A stretch of DNA of 64,000 nucleotides from the IMG/VR virus record IMGVR_UViG_3300028392_000029, positions 124,001-188,000 of that record; one strand, 5' to 3'. This document shows positions 11,505 through 21,833 of this stretch, piece by piece. A program made the translations under genes and the position numbers. Position 1 is the stretch's first letter, and the number at the start of each line of letters is the position of its first letter. A model generated the notes under the pieces. The model saw only the letters and a list, made by a program, of their open reading frames with translations, was not told the origin of the DNA and ran no database searches.

Positions 11505-13318
11505 TGAGTTACAATATATTAAAAACCAACGGCACAACATTAACTCAATTGATTGATGGTACGATTGACCAAACAACGACTGACTTAACTTTAATAGCAA
11601 AAAATGCTACAGGTTACGGAGTTTTTTTTAATGATAACTTTGTACATCTACTAGAAAATTTTGCTAATACTAGCCAACCAAACTATCCTATAACCGGACA
11701 ACTTTGGTTTGATACTAATGATAATCGATTAAAAATATACGACGGAGTACAGTTTAAAGTCACCGGCGGAACAACAGTATCTCCGACAGCTCCCAGTAGT
11801 CTAACAACCGGGGATATCTGGATAGATAGTTTACGCCAGCAACTGTATTTTAATGACGGTAACTCGACAAAATTAGCAGGCCCTATATACACTAATGCTC
11901 AGGGACAAACAGGATTTATTGTTGAAGATATAGTAGACACTAATAAAGTTAGCCATACAATCTGTTATCTCAAAGTTGCTAGTACGATACTTGGTATTTT
12001 TAGTAAAGACAGTTTTACACCACTTACAGCAATTACTGGATTTTCCGGAGCAATTACTTCTGGATTTAATGTCGGCAACAAGCCTGGAATATCGTTTAAT
12101 GTTCCAGTAAGTTCTTCAAGTGCATTAATCAGCCCAACTGGCACACTATTATCATCGTCAAATTTTGTAACAACAGTTGGTGATTCTTCAACCGTAGGCT
12201 CATTGACAATACAAAATAGTACGCCGTTGGTATTAGGACAAGCATCTAGTACTGAAATAAATGTTAACTACTCGTTATTTGAAATTAAATCAAATTCTAC
12301 AAATCAGAATTTTTCGCTTAACATGCTAAATTCAACGAGCCAAACTTCGGCATTATATGTTAATGCGTCTGGCAAGTATGTTGGTATATATACAACGGTC
12401 CCAACAGCAACTTTAGATGTAAATGGTAGTGTTAGAGTTCGTGGAGATTTAACGATTGAAGGCACCACTACTACTATTAATTCTGCAATAATTAATGTTA
12501 GTGATAAAACTATTATTCTAGCTAAGACAGCAAGCCCGTCAAATACTAGTGCTAACGGCGGCGGCTTAGAAATTGCTGCCGGTACAGATGTTAATAAAAC
12601 ATTTCTTTGGTATTCAGCTAATACTGCGTGGACAAGTTCAGAAAATCTAAGCCTAGCTTCGGGTAAAAGTTACAAAATTAACGGTATAGATGTTGTAACA
12701 GCAAATTCACTAGGCACAGCAATTACCAGTGCGCCTGGACTAACTAGTATTGGAACTCAAATATCATTCCAAGCTGGGTATATATCTCTCACTGGGTCAA
12801 CAATTTCATATCTAAATGCATCGGTTGCAAATGCTAATTTAACTTTGACACCAAAAGGAACTGGATCAGTTGACGTAAGTAATTCTAAAATAACCAGTGT
12901 TGCAACTCCTACAGTTAGCACTGATGCCGCATCTAAAGGATATGTCGATACTGCAATACAAAGTTCTCCGCTTGCAATATCGTTGACCACTACTGGTTTT
13001 ACAAATTTACAAATATCATCAGGTATTTTACCAAAGATTTTTCCAGCCAGTGAGCATCAAAATAACACAATAGCTAGAGTAGTATGTATAGATGCGGGTG
13101 CTACACAAAGTATCCCCGCAGGATCATTTGTGACCGGCGCAATATATACTGTTGCGGCACCGGGAACTACAAATTTTACAGCAATTGGAGCAGGAAATAA
13201 TACTAGCGGAACAGTATTTGTGGCATCAGGCCCGGGAGCCGGAAGCGGAACAGCAAACCCGTATGTCCGACAATTTCAGCTATCAGCTGGAATATGGACT
13301 TACCAGTCATATTCTTAA
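11504..13318 (+). CDS. Tail fibre-like protein (paralog)
   Basis: Same N-terminal module (AKNATGYG...LLENFAN...GQLWFD); Ser/Thr-rich beta repeats; DAASKGYVD fibre motif. Confidence 0.7.
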   Translation: MSYNILKTNGTTLTQLIDGTIDQTTTDLTLIAKNATGYGVFFNDNFVHLLENFANTSQPNYPITGQLWFDTNDNRLKIYDGVQFKVTGGTTVSPTAPSSLTTGDIWIDSLRQQLYFNDGNSTKLAGPIYTNAQGQTGFIVEDIVDTNKVSHTICYLKVASTILGIFSKDSFTPLTAITGFSGAITSGFNVGNKPGISFNVPVSSSSALISPTGTLLSSSNFVTTVGDSSTVGSLTIQNSTPLVLGQASSTEINVNYSLFEIKSNSTNQNFSLNMLNSTSQTSALYVNASGKYVGIYTTVPTATLDVNGSVRVRGDLTIEGTTTTINSAIINVSDKTIILAKTASPSNTSANGGGLEIAAGTDVNKTFLWYSANTAWTSSENLSLASGKSYKINGIDVVTANSLGTAITSAPGLTSIGTQISFQAGYISLTGSTISYLNASVANANLTLTPKGTGSVDVSNSKITSVATPTVSTDAASKGYVDTAIQSSPLAISLTTTGFTNLQISSGILPKIFPASEHQNNTIARVVCIDAGATQSIPAGSFVTGAIYTVAAPGTTNFTAIGAGNNTSGTVFVASGPGAGSGTANPYVRQFQLSAGIWTYQSYS

Positions 13319-13330
13319 ACCAAAACTAGC

Positions 13331-13337
13331 ATAAATA
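13331..13337 (+). promoter_or_regulatory. T4-late-like promoter motif
   Basis: Intergenic ATAAATA before a tail fibre gene. Confidence 0.55.
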
Positions 13338-13359
13338 CTACGAATAAGGAACGAGCCAG

Positions 13360-14838
13360 ATGTCATATACAATAACAAGATATAACGGTAATCAAATTGC
13401 TGTTATTGCCGACGGCACAATAGATGCTACTCTTGATCTGAAATTAATCGGCAAAAATTATGCTGGATACGGATCAATTCAGAATGAAAATTTTGTATAT
13501 CTATTAGAAAATTTTGCTAATACTACACAGCCTCCTAAGCCATTACCAGGACAAATTTGGTTTGACAGCGGAAAAAGCAAGTTAAAATTTTACGACGGCA
13601 CAAAATTCCGTACAACAGGTGGTGCAGAAATTGGCGGAACTGCTCCTTCAGGATTAACACAGGGTGATTTTTGGTACGATACTAATAATAATCAGTTATA
13701 TGCGTGGAACGGCACTACATTTACATTGATTGGTCCTCAAGGTGTTGCAGGCGCAGGTACAACACAAATGCGCTCTATCAGTCTAAAAGACAGTTTCGGT
13801 GTGTCTCATCCAGTAATCCAGGGTGTTGATAACGGCCAGGTTATATTTACAATTAGTGCAGATAGTGATTTTATTTTAGATAACACTCAAAACGCAATCA
13901 CAGGCTTTACTACAATTCACCAAGGTATTACATTAGTTTATACTAACAATAATGCGGCTCCGGGTGTAACATCAAGTGCTCACAGATTTTACGGAACAGC
14001 TACAAATGCTGACCAATTAGGCGGATTGCCAGTATCAGCATTTGTACAAACAGGTAGCGCGGCATTTAGTACACAGGTTAACTTTGCCGATGTAGGATAT
14101 ACCGTTGGTAATCCTATTGCTAGGTTAGTTGTTTTTAACCAGTCAGCAACAACTCCTACTATTAGAAATCAATCAAACAACACAATTGTATTTCAAACTA
14201 CCGTTTCAGCGGCAACAAAAACTCCACTTCAATTAGTAGGCAGTGACATGTTACCGGGTACAACACTGACAAACAATATAGGAAGTCCGTCTTTACAGTG
14301 GAATCAAATTTATGCTAGTTATATTAACGGCACATCATCTCAAGCAGATGCGCTTAATGTAGGTGGAGTTTATAGAACAGCTAGTATTGCTTCAAGCCCT
14401 AATACTGTTGTAGCTCGTGACGGCAGCTCAAATATTGCCGCAAACTTATTTCAAGGAATTGCATCTAGTGCTAACTACGCTGACTTGGCAGAGAAATATT
14501 TAACCGATGTTGAATTAACACCGGGTACAGTGGTAAAAGTTGGTGGCTCAGCTGAAGTATCAACAGCCACTCTTGGTGATCGAGCAATAGGTGTGATATC
14601 TACAAATCCAGCTTACATGATGAATAGTGAATTAGAAGGTGGCACATATGTTGCACTAAAAGGTCGAGTACCTTGCAAGGTAGTTGGGCCTGTCGCCAAA
14701 GGCGATCGATTAATAGCATACGGACAAGGGCGTGCAGTTACCTCGATACAGGCGAACGGGGATGTATTTGCAATAGCTCTTGAGGACTTTGATACTGTAA
14801 GGGGTGTTGAAGGTGTAATTGAAGTTGTAGTACTATAA
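13360..14838 (+). CDS. Tail fibre with C-terminal intramolecular chaperone (peptidase G2-like)
   Basis: Same N-terminal module; C-terminal YADLAEKY...GVISTNPAYMMN...VALKGRVPCKV signature. Confidence 0.75.
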   Translation: MSYTITRYNGNQIAVIADGTIDATLDLKLIGKNYAGYGSIQNENFVYLLENFANTTQPPKPLPGQIWFDSGKSKLKFYDGTKFRTTGGAEIGGTAPSGLTQGDFWYDTNNNQLYAWNGTTFTLIGPQGVAGAGTTQMRSISLKDSFGVSHPVIQGVDNGQVIFTISADSDFILDNTQNAITGFTTIHQGITLVYTNNNAAPGVTSSAHRFYGTATNADQLGGLPVSAFVQTGSAAFSTQVNFADVGYTVGNPIARLVVFNQSATTPTIRNQSNNTIVFQTTVSAATKTPLQLVGSDMLPGTTLTNNIGSPSLQWNQIYASYINGTSSQADALNVGGVYRTASIASSPNTVVARDGSSNIAANLFQGIASSANYADLAEKYLTDVELTPGTVVKVGGSAEVSTATLGDRAIGVISTNPAYMMNSELEGGTYVALKGRVPCKVVGPVAKGDRLIAYGQGRAVTSIQANGDVFAIALEDFDTVRGVEGVIEVVVL

Positions 14839-14847
14839 GGAATAACA

Positions 14848-15750
14848 ATGTCTGGTCAAAATACATCAATCCTAGCCACTGATTATAATACTATACAGTC
14901 AAAAATTGCTACGGTTCTAGGAGTTGGTTCCGGCACTAGCGGATACGGTCAACCAGTCACTAGTATCCAAGTAACACAAGGTACTCCGATCCTAGTAAGT
15001 CAGTGGACTGCATTGCGAAATGATTTGCTAAAGGCACGTAATCATCAAACAACAACAGACCAAAGCGGACAACTTACTGTTATTACAAATACTACCCAGG
15101 TAAAAGAGTCAGACAGAGCCGCTTACGATTCAATGGCTGAGCTAATTATTGTAAACAAGCTGATAACTCCACCGAGCGGGCAAGGCACATTAGCTGATGT
15201 TGCTACCAGCAGTAGAACTAGTGCATGGAACGGTACTATTAGTCATGTAGTAACTGCAACCTTTCCTAATTATGATTCCGCAAGGGCATTTTTTAACAGC
15301 GGCGGCAATTTTCAATTCTCCGGTAGCCAAAGCGGCGGATCAAATACTGCAATCGGCAGTAAAAATGACTCGTGGAATAAAATGCTGTCTAACATGGGTA
15401 CTATTACCTTTGACTACGGCAGTACTTCTGATGCAGGAACTACTCCGGGAACAGTGGCCAGTAGTATCGGGTACTATCAGCTGACCACAGTAAACCAATT
15501 GATTTTTACAAAAAGCACTGAGAATAGTTCATACTCTCCAAATCAGTACGATATTTCTGCTAAAATAAATGCGGCAGGATCAGTGATAACTTTTACCATA
15601 CATTTTGCAGACCTATCCGGACAACCAAATGCACCGTATGGTACCGACGAAAACGTTGACGGAACTTTGATCAGCCAAGTCCAGGCATACTATGCTACTG
15701 GAACCAATGTAGCAGTTTCTTTACCTGCTGTATCGTCAGTTGGTCCTTAA
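14848..15750 (+). CDS. Virion structural protein
   Basis: 300 aa Ser/Thr/Gly-rich ORF at the end of the tail cluster. Confidence 0.5.
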   Translation: MSGQNTSILATDYNTIQSKIATVLGVGSGTSGYGQPVTSIQVTQGTPILVSQWTALRNDLLKARNHQTTTDQSGQLTVITNTTQVKESDRAAYDSMAELIIVNKLITPPSGQGTLADVATSSRTSAWNGTISHVVTATFPNYDSARAFFNSGGNFQFSGSQSGGSNTAIGSKNDSWNKMLSNMGTITFDYGSTSDAGTTPGTVASSIGYYQLTTVNQLIFTKSTENSSYSPNQYDISAKINAAGSVITFTIHFADLSGQPNAPYGTDENVDGTLISQVQAYYATGTNVAVSLPAVSSVGP

Positions 15751-15820
15751 TCAGGACTGCACTCCACGCTTCACTCAACATGATAACTAACATAGTGTAC
15801 AATACACTATGGAGTCGTCT

Positions 15821-16171
15821 ATGGATGAAAGAATCGAAAAAGCATTTAACGTTGCTAATTATATGGCAACTCTGTCTAATCAGCGCAAGGTCGCATTAGA
15901 AGAATTTAATCAAAAATTATTGTTTTACATAAATGGTGCAACATTTTTAATTACACTAGAGTTAATTAATTTTACAAAAATGTCACTAGATCTCGGACGT
16001 AATAGTGATGTTCCGTTTTTGGACATAAACAATTTACCTGTTAATATCGTTGATGTTACAGAATTTTTTACAACTATCACTGATCAGTATTTTGAAGCGT
16101 TAAACGAGTATTCAGTTAAGTTTAACGAAATTAAATCTAAAAGAAAAATTTCGGATATCGTTGAACTATGA
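15821..16171 (+). CDS. Hypothetical protein
   Basis: Start moved to the ATG downstream of GGAG (15811-15814); ATGA overlap with the next gene. Confidence 0.6.
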   Translation: MDERIEKAFNVANYMATLSNQRKVALEEFNQKLLFYINGATFLITLELINFTKMSLDLGRNSDVPFLDINNLPVNIVDVTEFFTTITDQYFEALNEYSVKFNEIKSKRKISDIVEL

Positions 16172-17013
16172 AAGGTGCAGTAATATTTGCTCAAAATAAT
16201 AGCAAAATTGATTACATCAAAATGGCAGTATATTCTGCTTCTAAAGTTATTGAACATTTAGATATTCCGGTATCAGTTGTAACTGACGACAAAAACTTTT
16301 TGCTATCTAAATATCCGGATAATCCTTTTGATCAAATTATTGAAATTCCTAAAGATAGTTCGACCCAGGTAAAAAAATTCAGCGACGGAGCACTAGCATC
16401 GACTATGCTAGAATGGAAAAATTCCTCAAGAGGACAAATTTATAATTTATCTCCGTATGAAAAAACTCTAGTAATCGACAGCGATTATATTATAAATTCT
16501 AGCATACTAAAACCTGCTCTTGACAACGATCAAGATTTACAATTATATAAAAGTTCCTTCGACTTAGCTGGATGGAAACGTTCAAATGAATTTGATAGAA
16601 TAACACAATACAGTATTCCTTTTTACTGGGCTACGGTATTTGTATTTCAAAAAAACGTATTTACAGAAGCATTCTTTAATATTGTTGCGTATATAAAATC
16701 AAATTGGCATTACTATAGAATGTTGTACAATATTGAATCTAATAATTTTAGAAATGATTTTGCATTTAGTATTGCAATCCATATTATGAATGGAAGCACA
16801 AATGGTACATTTGCAACTAATCTTCCGGGAACAATGGTATACACTTTGGATAAAGATGTGCTAGTTAGCACTGATGCAAATAAGATGAAATTTTTAGTTG
16901 AAAAGAAAAATCATCTTGGAGAATATACACTTGTTAAAACTCATGGCCTTGATGTCCATGTAATGAATAAATCAAGTCTAACTAGATTTATTGATGGAGG
17001 TTCTGGTGTCTAA
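16168..17013 (+). CDS. Nucleotide-diphospho-sugar transferase-like protein (GT-A)
   Basis: KTLVIDSDY DxD motif; RNDFAFSIA and HVMNK motifs; paralog of the next gene. Confidence 0.55.
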   Translation: MKGAVIFAQNNSKIDYIKMAVYSASKVIEHLDIPVSVVTDDKNFLLSKYPDNPFDQIIEIPKDSSTQVKKFSDGALASTMLEWKNSSRGQIYNLSPYEKTLVIDSDYIINSSILKPALDNDQDLQLYKSSFDLAGWKRSNEFDRITQYSIPFYWATVFVFQKNVFTEAFFNIVAYIKSNWHYYRMLYNIESNNFRNDFAFSIAIHIMNGSTNGTFATNLPGTMVYTLDKDVLVSTDANKMKFLVEKKNHLGEYTLVKTHGLDVHVMNKSSLTRFIDGGSGV

Positions 17014-17845
17014 GGGATTTTTAGTACTAGCTCAAAATACTGATACTGTTGACTATGTACAACAGGCTTACGCATTGGCCCTATCAATTAAGTATAGTCA
17101 AACAGATATAACGGCAATATCAATTGCAACCAACGATCCAGTTCCTAAAAAATATCAAAAAGTATTTGATCAAATAATCCCAATACCTTGGGTAGATGAT
17201 ACTGCTACTAGATTTCGAAGTGAAAACCGTTGGAAACTGTTTCATATAAGTCCCTATGAAGAAACAATTGTATTAGATACTGACATGCTACTATTAGGCG
17301 ATATTAAATCCTGGTGGGATTTTTGCAGTAATTTTGACTTACAGTTTTGTTCACAAATAACTAATTACAAACTAGATACAGTAGTTGATACTTATCACAG
17401 GAAAGCGTTCATTGCCAATGGATTGCCTAGTCCATATTTTGCGTTACATTATTTTAAAAAAACAGAACTAGCATTAAATTTTTATAAAACATTAGAATTT
17501 GTAGTGAATAATTGGGAACTATGCTATGGCAAATTTGCTCCTAAGGAATACCAAAATTGGTTAAGCATGGATCTAGCTTCAGCAATTGCCATTGATATGC
17601 TTGGCATATCTGAACAAGTAATTAATAATAAAAACCCAATGGAGTTTGCACATATGAAAACACCAATACAGGGAATAATACCTATACCTAAAAGTTGGCA
17701 GGACGTTGTTACATGTTATTTAAATAATAACGGTGAGCTAATTGTTGGAAACATCAAACAAAATAAATTGTTTCATTATGTAGAAAAAGACTTTATTGAT
17801 AATCGCATGTTATCTAAATTATCGGGATTAGTGTATGGTTCGTAA
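17006..17845 (+). CDS. Nucleotide-diphospho-sugar transferase-like protein (GT-A)
   Basis: ETIVLDTDM DxD motif; probable GTG start after GGAGG. Confidence 0.55.
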   Translation: MSKGFLVLAQNTDTVDYVQQAYALALSIKYSQTDITAISIATNDPVPKKYQKVFDQIIPIPWVDDTATRFRSENRWKLFHISPYEETIVLDTDMLLLGDIKSWWDFCSNFDLQFCSQITNYKLDTVVDTYHRKAFIANGLPSPYFALHYFKKTELALNFYKTLEFVVNNWELCYGKFAPKEYQNWLSMDLASAIAIDMLGISEQVINNKNPMEFAHMKTPIQGIIPIPKSWQDVVTCYLNNNGELIVGNIKQNKLFHYVEKDFIDNRMLSKLSGLVYGS

Positions 17846-18410
17846 GTACAAAGCTCCTGTGCCTAAATTTTACTTGCATTATGATAAATCTACCGGCAGG
17901 ATTTTTTCAGCGTCAAACGAAAAACAAAATGAGAATTTCCTTGAAGTACCTCAAGCCGAATATAACGATTTTATAACAGGTAAGAAAAAGTTTTTTGACT
18001 ATATTATTGGCAATATAAAAGTTCCAGGCAAGCGAGCTTACACTGGATTAATACCAAAAGCTGATCATACTGTTGTATCTAGAAACAGTGTATTAGAATG
18101 GATTATAGATGCTCCTAATAAATCAACTGATTTAACAGTAACATGGGATAAAAATCGTTGGGGATTTAGTTTATCGGACAAGTGTAAAAAATCTATAGGA
18201 ACTGATCCGATTGCTAATTTAGTTTTTTTTGTTATGTTAGAAAACAATTTTAATTTTTTAATTAGAACTATTGTATTAGATTCTAAACAATTATTAGAAC
18301 AGCCTATAGTAAATATTGCATTTGACACTAAATTTGAAAATGATATAAAACTGATTACGATTGCATCAAAGGCAGTCTTTGATTCGTATGGATTATTAAT
18401 TAATGATTAA
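17835..18410 (+). CDS. Hypothetical protein
   Basis: 191 aa ORF overlapping both neighbours. Confidence 0.6.
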   Translation: MVRKYKAPVPKFYLHYDKSTGRIFSASNEKQNENFLEVPQAEYNDFITGKKKFFDYIIGNIKVPGKRAYTGLIPKADHTVVSRNSVLEWIIDAPNKSTDLTVTWDKNRWGFSLSDKCKKSIGTDPIANLVFFVMLENNFNFLIRTIVLDSKQLLEQPIVNIAFDTKFENDIKLITIASKAVFDSYGLLIND

Positions 18411-19293
18411 AATTATAGAACAAGATATTATTTTTCTCAGCTATGATGAACCTAATGCTGAAAAAAACTATGCCGATTTGTTGACCAAAGCACCTTGGGC
18501 AAAGCGTGTACACGGAGTAAAAGGCAGTGATGCCGCACACAAAGCCTGCGCCGCGTTGAGTGAGACTGAATACTTTGTTACTGTAGATGCAGATAATATA
18601 ATAGATCCTAAGTTTTTAGAAGTTGAAATTGATTTAGAAAAGTTAGGATTAACTAATAAAAATGTGTTTAGCTGGTGCGGGCGAGTTCATGTTAACGGAC
18701 TTATGTACGGCAATGGCGGGCTTAAATTATGGACACGTGAGTTTGTCAATAATATGCGCACACACGAAAATAGTGATCCTACTGATGTCAAGGGATTAGT
18801 TGAATTCTGCTTTGATGACTTGTATGTACAATTTAATGAAAACTACAGCGAGAGTTTTACTAATGCCACTCCGTTCCAGGCATGGAGAGCAGGATTCAGA
18901 GAAGGTGTAAAAATGTGCTTATTGCAGGGTGCAAAAGCTAACCATTTAAAAGACATCTGGTGGCAAAATTATCACAGATTATTAATTTGGTGTAATGTAG
19001 GCGCTGATGTAAAAAATGGGCTGTGGAGTATGTACGGTGCTAGAGAAGGATGCTATCGTACCATGTGTACTGATTGGGATTATGCTAATGTTAGAGATTT
19101 CGAGTGGCTCACATCTGAGTGGGAAACTACGTACAGTAAAATTACCGACAAAATGTTGCCTTATGAAATAATGGGAATTGGCGAAACTTTAAAACATGAA
19201 TACAATTTAGAAATGTCTGATTTAGATAGCGACAGCAGTAAATTTTTTAAATTAGTTTACAGCAACATCCCAAGGAACTTAAGGCGACTATAA
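18403..19293 (+). CDS. Glycosyltransferase family 2-like protein
   Basis: IIFLSYDEPNA start, FVTVDADN DxD motif, GNGGLKLW. Confidence 0.6.
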   Translation: MIKIIEQDIIFLSYDEPNAEKNYADLLTKAPWAKRVHGVKGSDAAHKACAALSETEYFVTVDADNIIDPKFLEVEIDLEKLGLTNKNVFSWCGRVHVNGLMYGNGGLKLWTREFVNNMRTHENSDPTDVKGLVEFCFDDLYVQFNENYSESFTNATPFQAWRAGFREGVKMCLLQGAKANHLKDIWWQNYHRLLIWCNVGADVKNGLWSMYGAREGCYRTMCTDWDYANVRDFEWLTSEWETTYSKITDKMLPYEIMGIGETLKHEYNLEMSDLDSDSSKFFKLVYSNIPRNLRRL

Positions 19294-19985
19294 TGTACGA
19301 TATTATTTTTATTTCATACAATGAACCAGATGCAGATGCCAACTTTAATGCACTAAAAGAACGATTTCCTTTAGTCAAGCGTGTTAATGGTATTAAGGGT
19401 ATACATCAAGCTCATATTGCCGCTGCCAAAAAAAGTTTTACTAAAATGATGTGGGTAGTAGATGCAGATGCAGTTGTATTGAATTCTTTTAAATTTGATT
19501 ATCTAGTACCAGAGTGGGAAACAGATGTAGTACATGTTTGGCATAGTATTAATCCTATCAACAGTTTATCATATGGATATGGTGGGATAAAGCTATTGCC
19601 GAGATCGTTAACAGCAAGAATGAATGTTAACAATCCAGATATGACTATGAGTATAAGTAAGAAATTTAAAGTAATGAAAGAAGTTAGCAATATTACTGCA
19701 TTCAATACTGACGAGTTTACCACTTGGCGATCGGCATTTCGCGAGTGCGCAAAATTAGCATCTATTAAGGATTCTGAAGCTACTGAACGTTTAGACACAT
19801 GGTGTAATGTTAGTAATGGACATTACGGAATCTATGCAATTGCAGGTGCAGTTGCAGGTAGAAAATACGGTGAAAAAAATGCTGGCAATATACCAGCATT
19901 AAGTAAAATCAATGACTTTAAATGGCTAGCTGATCAATTCAAGAGTCATAGGGAAAATATCAGCAATAACCTTAGCACAGGCTAA
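19293..19985 (+). CDS. Glycosyltransferase family 2-like protein (paralog)
   Basis: IIFISYNEPDA start, WVVDADA DxD motif, GYGGIKLL, WRSAFRE. Confidence 0.6.
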   Translation: MYDIIFISYNEPDADANFNALKERFPLVKRVNGIKGIHQAHIAAAKKSFTKMMWVVDADAVVLNSFKFDYLVPEWETDVVHVWHSINPINSLSYGYGGIKLLPRSLTARMNVNNPDMTMSISKKFKVMKEVSNITAFNTDEFTTWRSAFRECAKLASIKDSEATERLDTWCNVSNGHYGIYAIAGAVAGRKYGEKNAGNIPALSKINDFKWLADQFKSHRENISNNLSTG

Positions 19986-20591
19986 TGCTACTTCTTGATG
20001 CTCTTTTTGTGTACCATTAGCACTGCGTAGTTCAATAAAATGAATCCAACTGCGTAGTGTACCATTCATATAAATTCTGCTTTCTATAAGACCTTCTGGC
20101 AATACTGCTCGAGCTTGTTCTTTGGCAATGCCACGCTCTATTGCTTCTTGGTAGATCAAACGGCTATGTTCAATGATGAACTTTTGCTTGGCATCCCACC
20201 ATGCTTGTAACTCTGTATCGCTTGTGGAAATACTGTTCTGTCTATTTTTTGTATCTTGGAGTCGTGCTTCTCGCAGTACAAACGACAGGTCTCGAGTAGG
20301 ATCAGCATATCGCTGACTGAATTCTTGAAAGCTGAAGCTACGATGTCTGAGGATCTGTCGTGCAATATCTCTTGTTGTGGAGATTTCAATACAGGCTGAG
20401 ACCATTTCGAGTGGTGACCAGTGCTGGTGTTTGATGAGGTATCGGATGAGTTTTTCGGATGTTTCTGTATTGAGTTGATTGGAGGGATTAGACACACGGG
20501 CGCAATACGCAATGAGTTCCTGCGCATCTGTGAGGCCCAAATCTCTAAATTCCGGTGTAGGTTGGGAGTAACTGAGTAGTTGAACATGCAT
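19926..20591 (-). CDS. thyX: Flavin-dependent thymidylate synthase
   Basis: RHRSFSFQEFSQRY ThyX motif; HWSPLE; QARAVLP. Confidence 0.95.
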   Translation of the reverse strand: MHVQLLSYSQPTPEFRDLGLTDAQELIAYCARVSNPSNQLNTETSEKLIRYLIKHQHWSPLEMVSACIEISTTRDIARQILRHRSFSFQEFSQRYADPTRDLSFVLREARLQDTKNRQNSISTSDTELQAWWDAKQKFIIEHSRLIYQEAIERGIAKEQARAVLPEGLIESRIYMNGTLRSWIHFIELRSANGTQKEHQEVALACAKVIADIFPMTLELIS

Positions 20592-20594
20592 TAT

Positions 20595-20915
20595 TTATAA
20601 CTTCTTTTTTTTAAGGAATTTTTGAGTACTACGTTCAATATCTCTTCTAACTTTAACGGTATCTAGTTTAAAATCGACGTTATCTACTTTATCTTCATAA
20701 TTAACAACTAGTTCAGATAAATTCTTTTCAAAAGCAGGCCACCCATCACGTTTAATTTCTGGGGTGATTCTTATCTCCCAAGTCTTACCATCTTTAAAAT
20801 TGACCAGAACGGCATGGAGATACCTAAGAGGTAACACATTAAGTTTTACCTCACTGAATACTTCTGGCCAATTTTCTATAAGATCTTTAGAAAGTGATTT
20901 ACCTAAGTTAGACAA
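20595..20915 (-). CDS. Hypothetical protein
   Basis: 106 aa ORF tiled within the operon. Confidence 0.6.
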   Translation of the reverse strand: MSNLGKSLSKDLIENWPEVFSEVKLNVLPLRYLHAVLVNFKDGKTWEIRITPEIKRDGWPAFEKNLSELVVNYEDKVDNVDFKLDTVKVRRDIERSTQKFLKKKKL

Positions 20916-21552
20916 TTTTTTTCTTAGTCGGCGATAGTTCTTCAGCTCGTCGTCTCATTGCAGCCGCTTCTTTGGCTAACTTATCTGCTTGGCTACGATA
21001 AAACTTTGCTTCAGCATCTGGACTATCAAACGATGTTGGTGTAGCTGTAACAGCTTCAACTTCATTTACACTTGCCGACGTAGTCTTGGCAGCACTATTA
21101 TCTTTAACTGTCTCAGTAGACTTTGCGACAGTTTTAGCTGCCTCAGATTCCTGTTCGTCAAATTGTGGCTTGAGAGCAAGATCGTCAACTGACACTCCGC
21201 GCTGTTCAGCAATAATTTGATTTAATTCACTCAGTTGTATAGTGACACCAGGACTTGGATTCATCTCGATAGAGCTAGTACCCATCTTGAGAAGACGTCC
21301 ATTTGCATGTAACCATTTAAGCATATTGTTACCATCGCTGAATGTTGTACGCATCAGTATGTCAGCAAATTCATAAGAATCTTGTCCAGCATGTCCTTCG
21401 ACTAAATTGATAATACTATTATGATAACTATCATTTAATGTATCTGTAGGGATAACCAAGCAACTGCTAGATTCGCCGGGTAGTGTACGATATGCTACTA
21501 AACAACGCTGTTTAGTTGATATTACACGACCTACGTGTTTAAGTTCAGCCAT
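20908..21552 (-). CDS. Hypothetical protein
   Basis: Start moved to MAELKHVG, downstream of AGGAG. Confidence 0.65.
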   Translation of the reverse strand: MAELKHVGRVISTKQRCLVAYRTLPGESSSCLVIPTDTLNDSYHNSIINLVEGHAGQDSYEFADILMRTTFSDGNNMLKWLHANGRLLKMGTSSIEMNPSPGVTIQLSELNQIIAEQRGVSVDDLALKPQFDEQESEAAKTVAKSTETVKDNSAAKTTSASVNEVEAVTATPTSFDSPDAEAKFYRSQADKLAKEAAAMRRRAEELSPTKKKIV

Positions 21553-21553
21553 A

Positions 21554-21799
21554 TTATGCTCCTGTTGGTGCGGCAGCTTTCTGTGCTTCTGCTTGTTTAG
21601 CAACTGTTGCTAAAAATGATTCTAGCTTGGTGTATGTTTGCCCAACAGCTACCATTTCATTTGGTTTAAATGCACCACGTGAACTAGCAATATCGATAAT
21701 GATTTTCATGGCATTAAGGTCATTAATTGTTAGTTCATTTGAATTTTCTCCGCCTTGAGCTTGTGATTGCTCTTGCGTATCTTGTACTGTATCAGTCAT
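21554..21799 (-). CDS. Hypothetical protein
   Basis: Start moved to MTDTVQ, downstream of AGGAG. Confidence 0.65.
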   Translation of the reverse strand: MTDTVQDTQEQSQAQGGENSNELTINDLNAMKIIIDIASSRGAFKPNEMVAVGQTYTKLESFLATVAKQAEAQKAAAPTGA

Positions 21800-21812
21800 A
21801 ATATCTCCTTTG

Positions 21813-21833
21813 AATGTACGTATATAATTATCT
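21813..21833 (-). promoter_or_regulatory. 21-bp repeated upstream motif, copy 1
   Basis: AGATAATTATATACGTACATT, upstream of the SD of the 21799 gene. Confidence 0.65.

Noticed and set aside
20592-20599. Perfect TATAAATA immediately before thyX
   Set aside because: It abuts the ATG directly, so a late transcript would start inside the start codon region; it also overlaps the upstream stop and is probably coincidental
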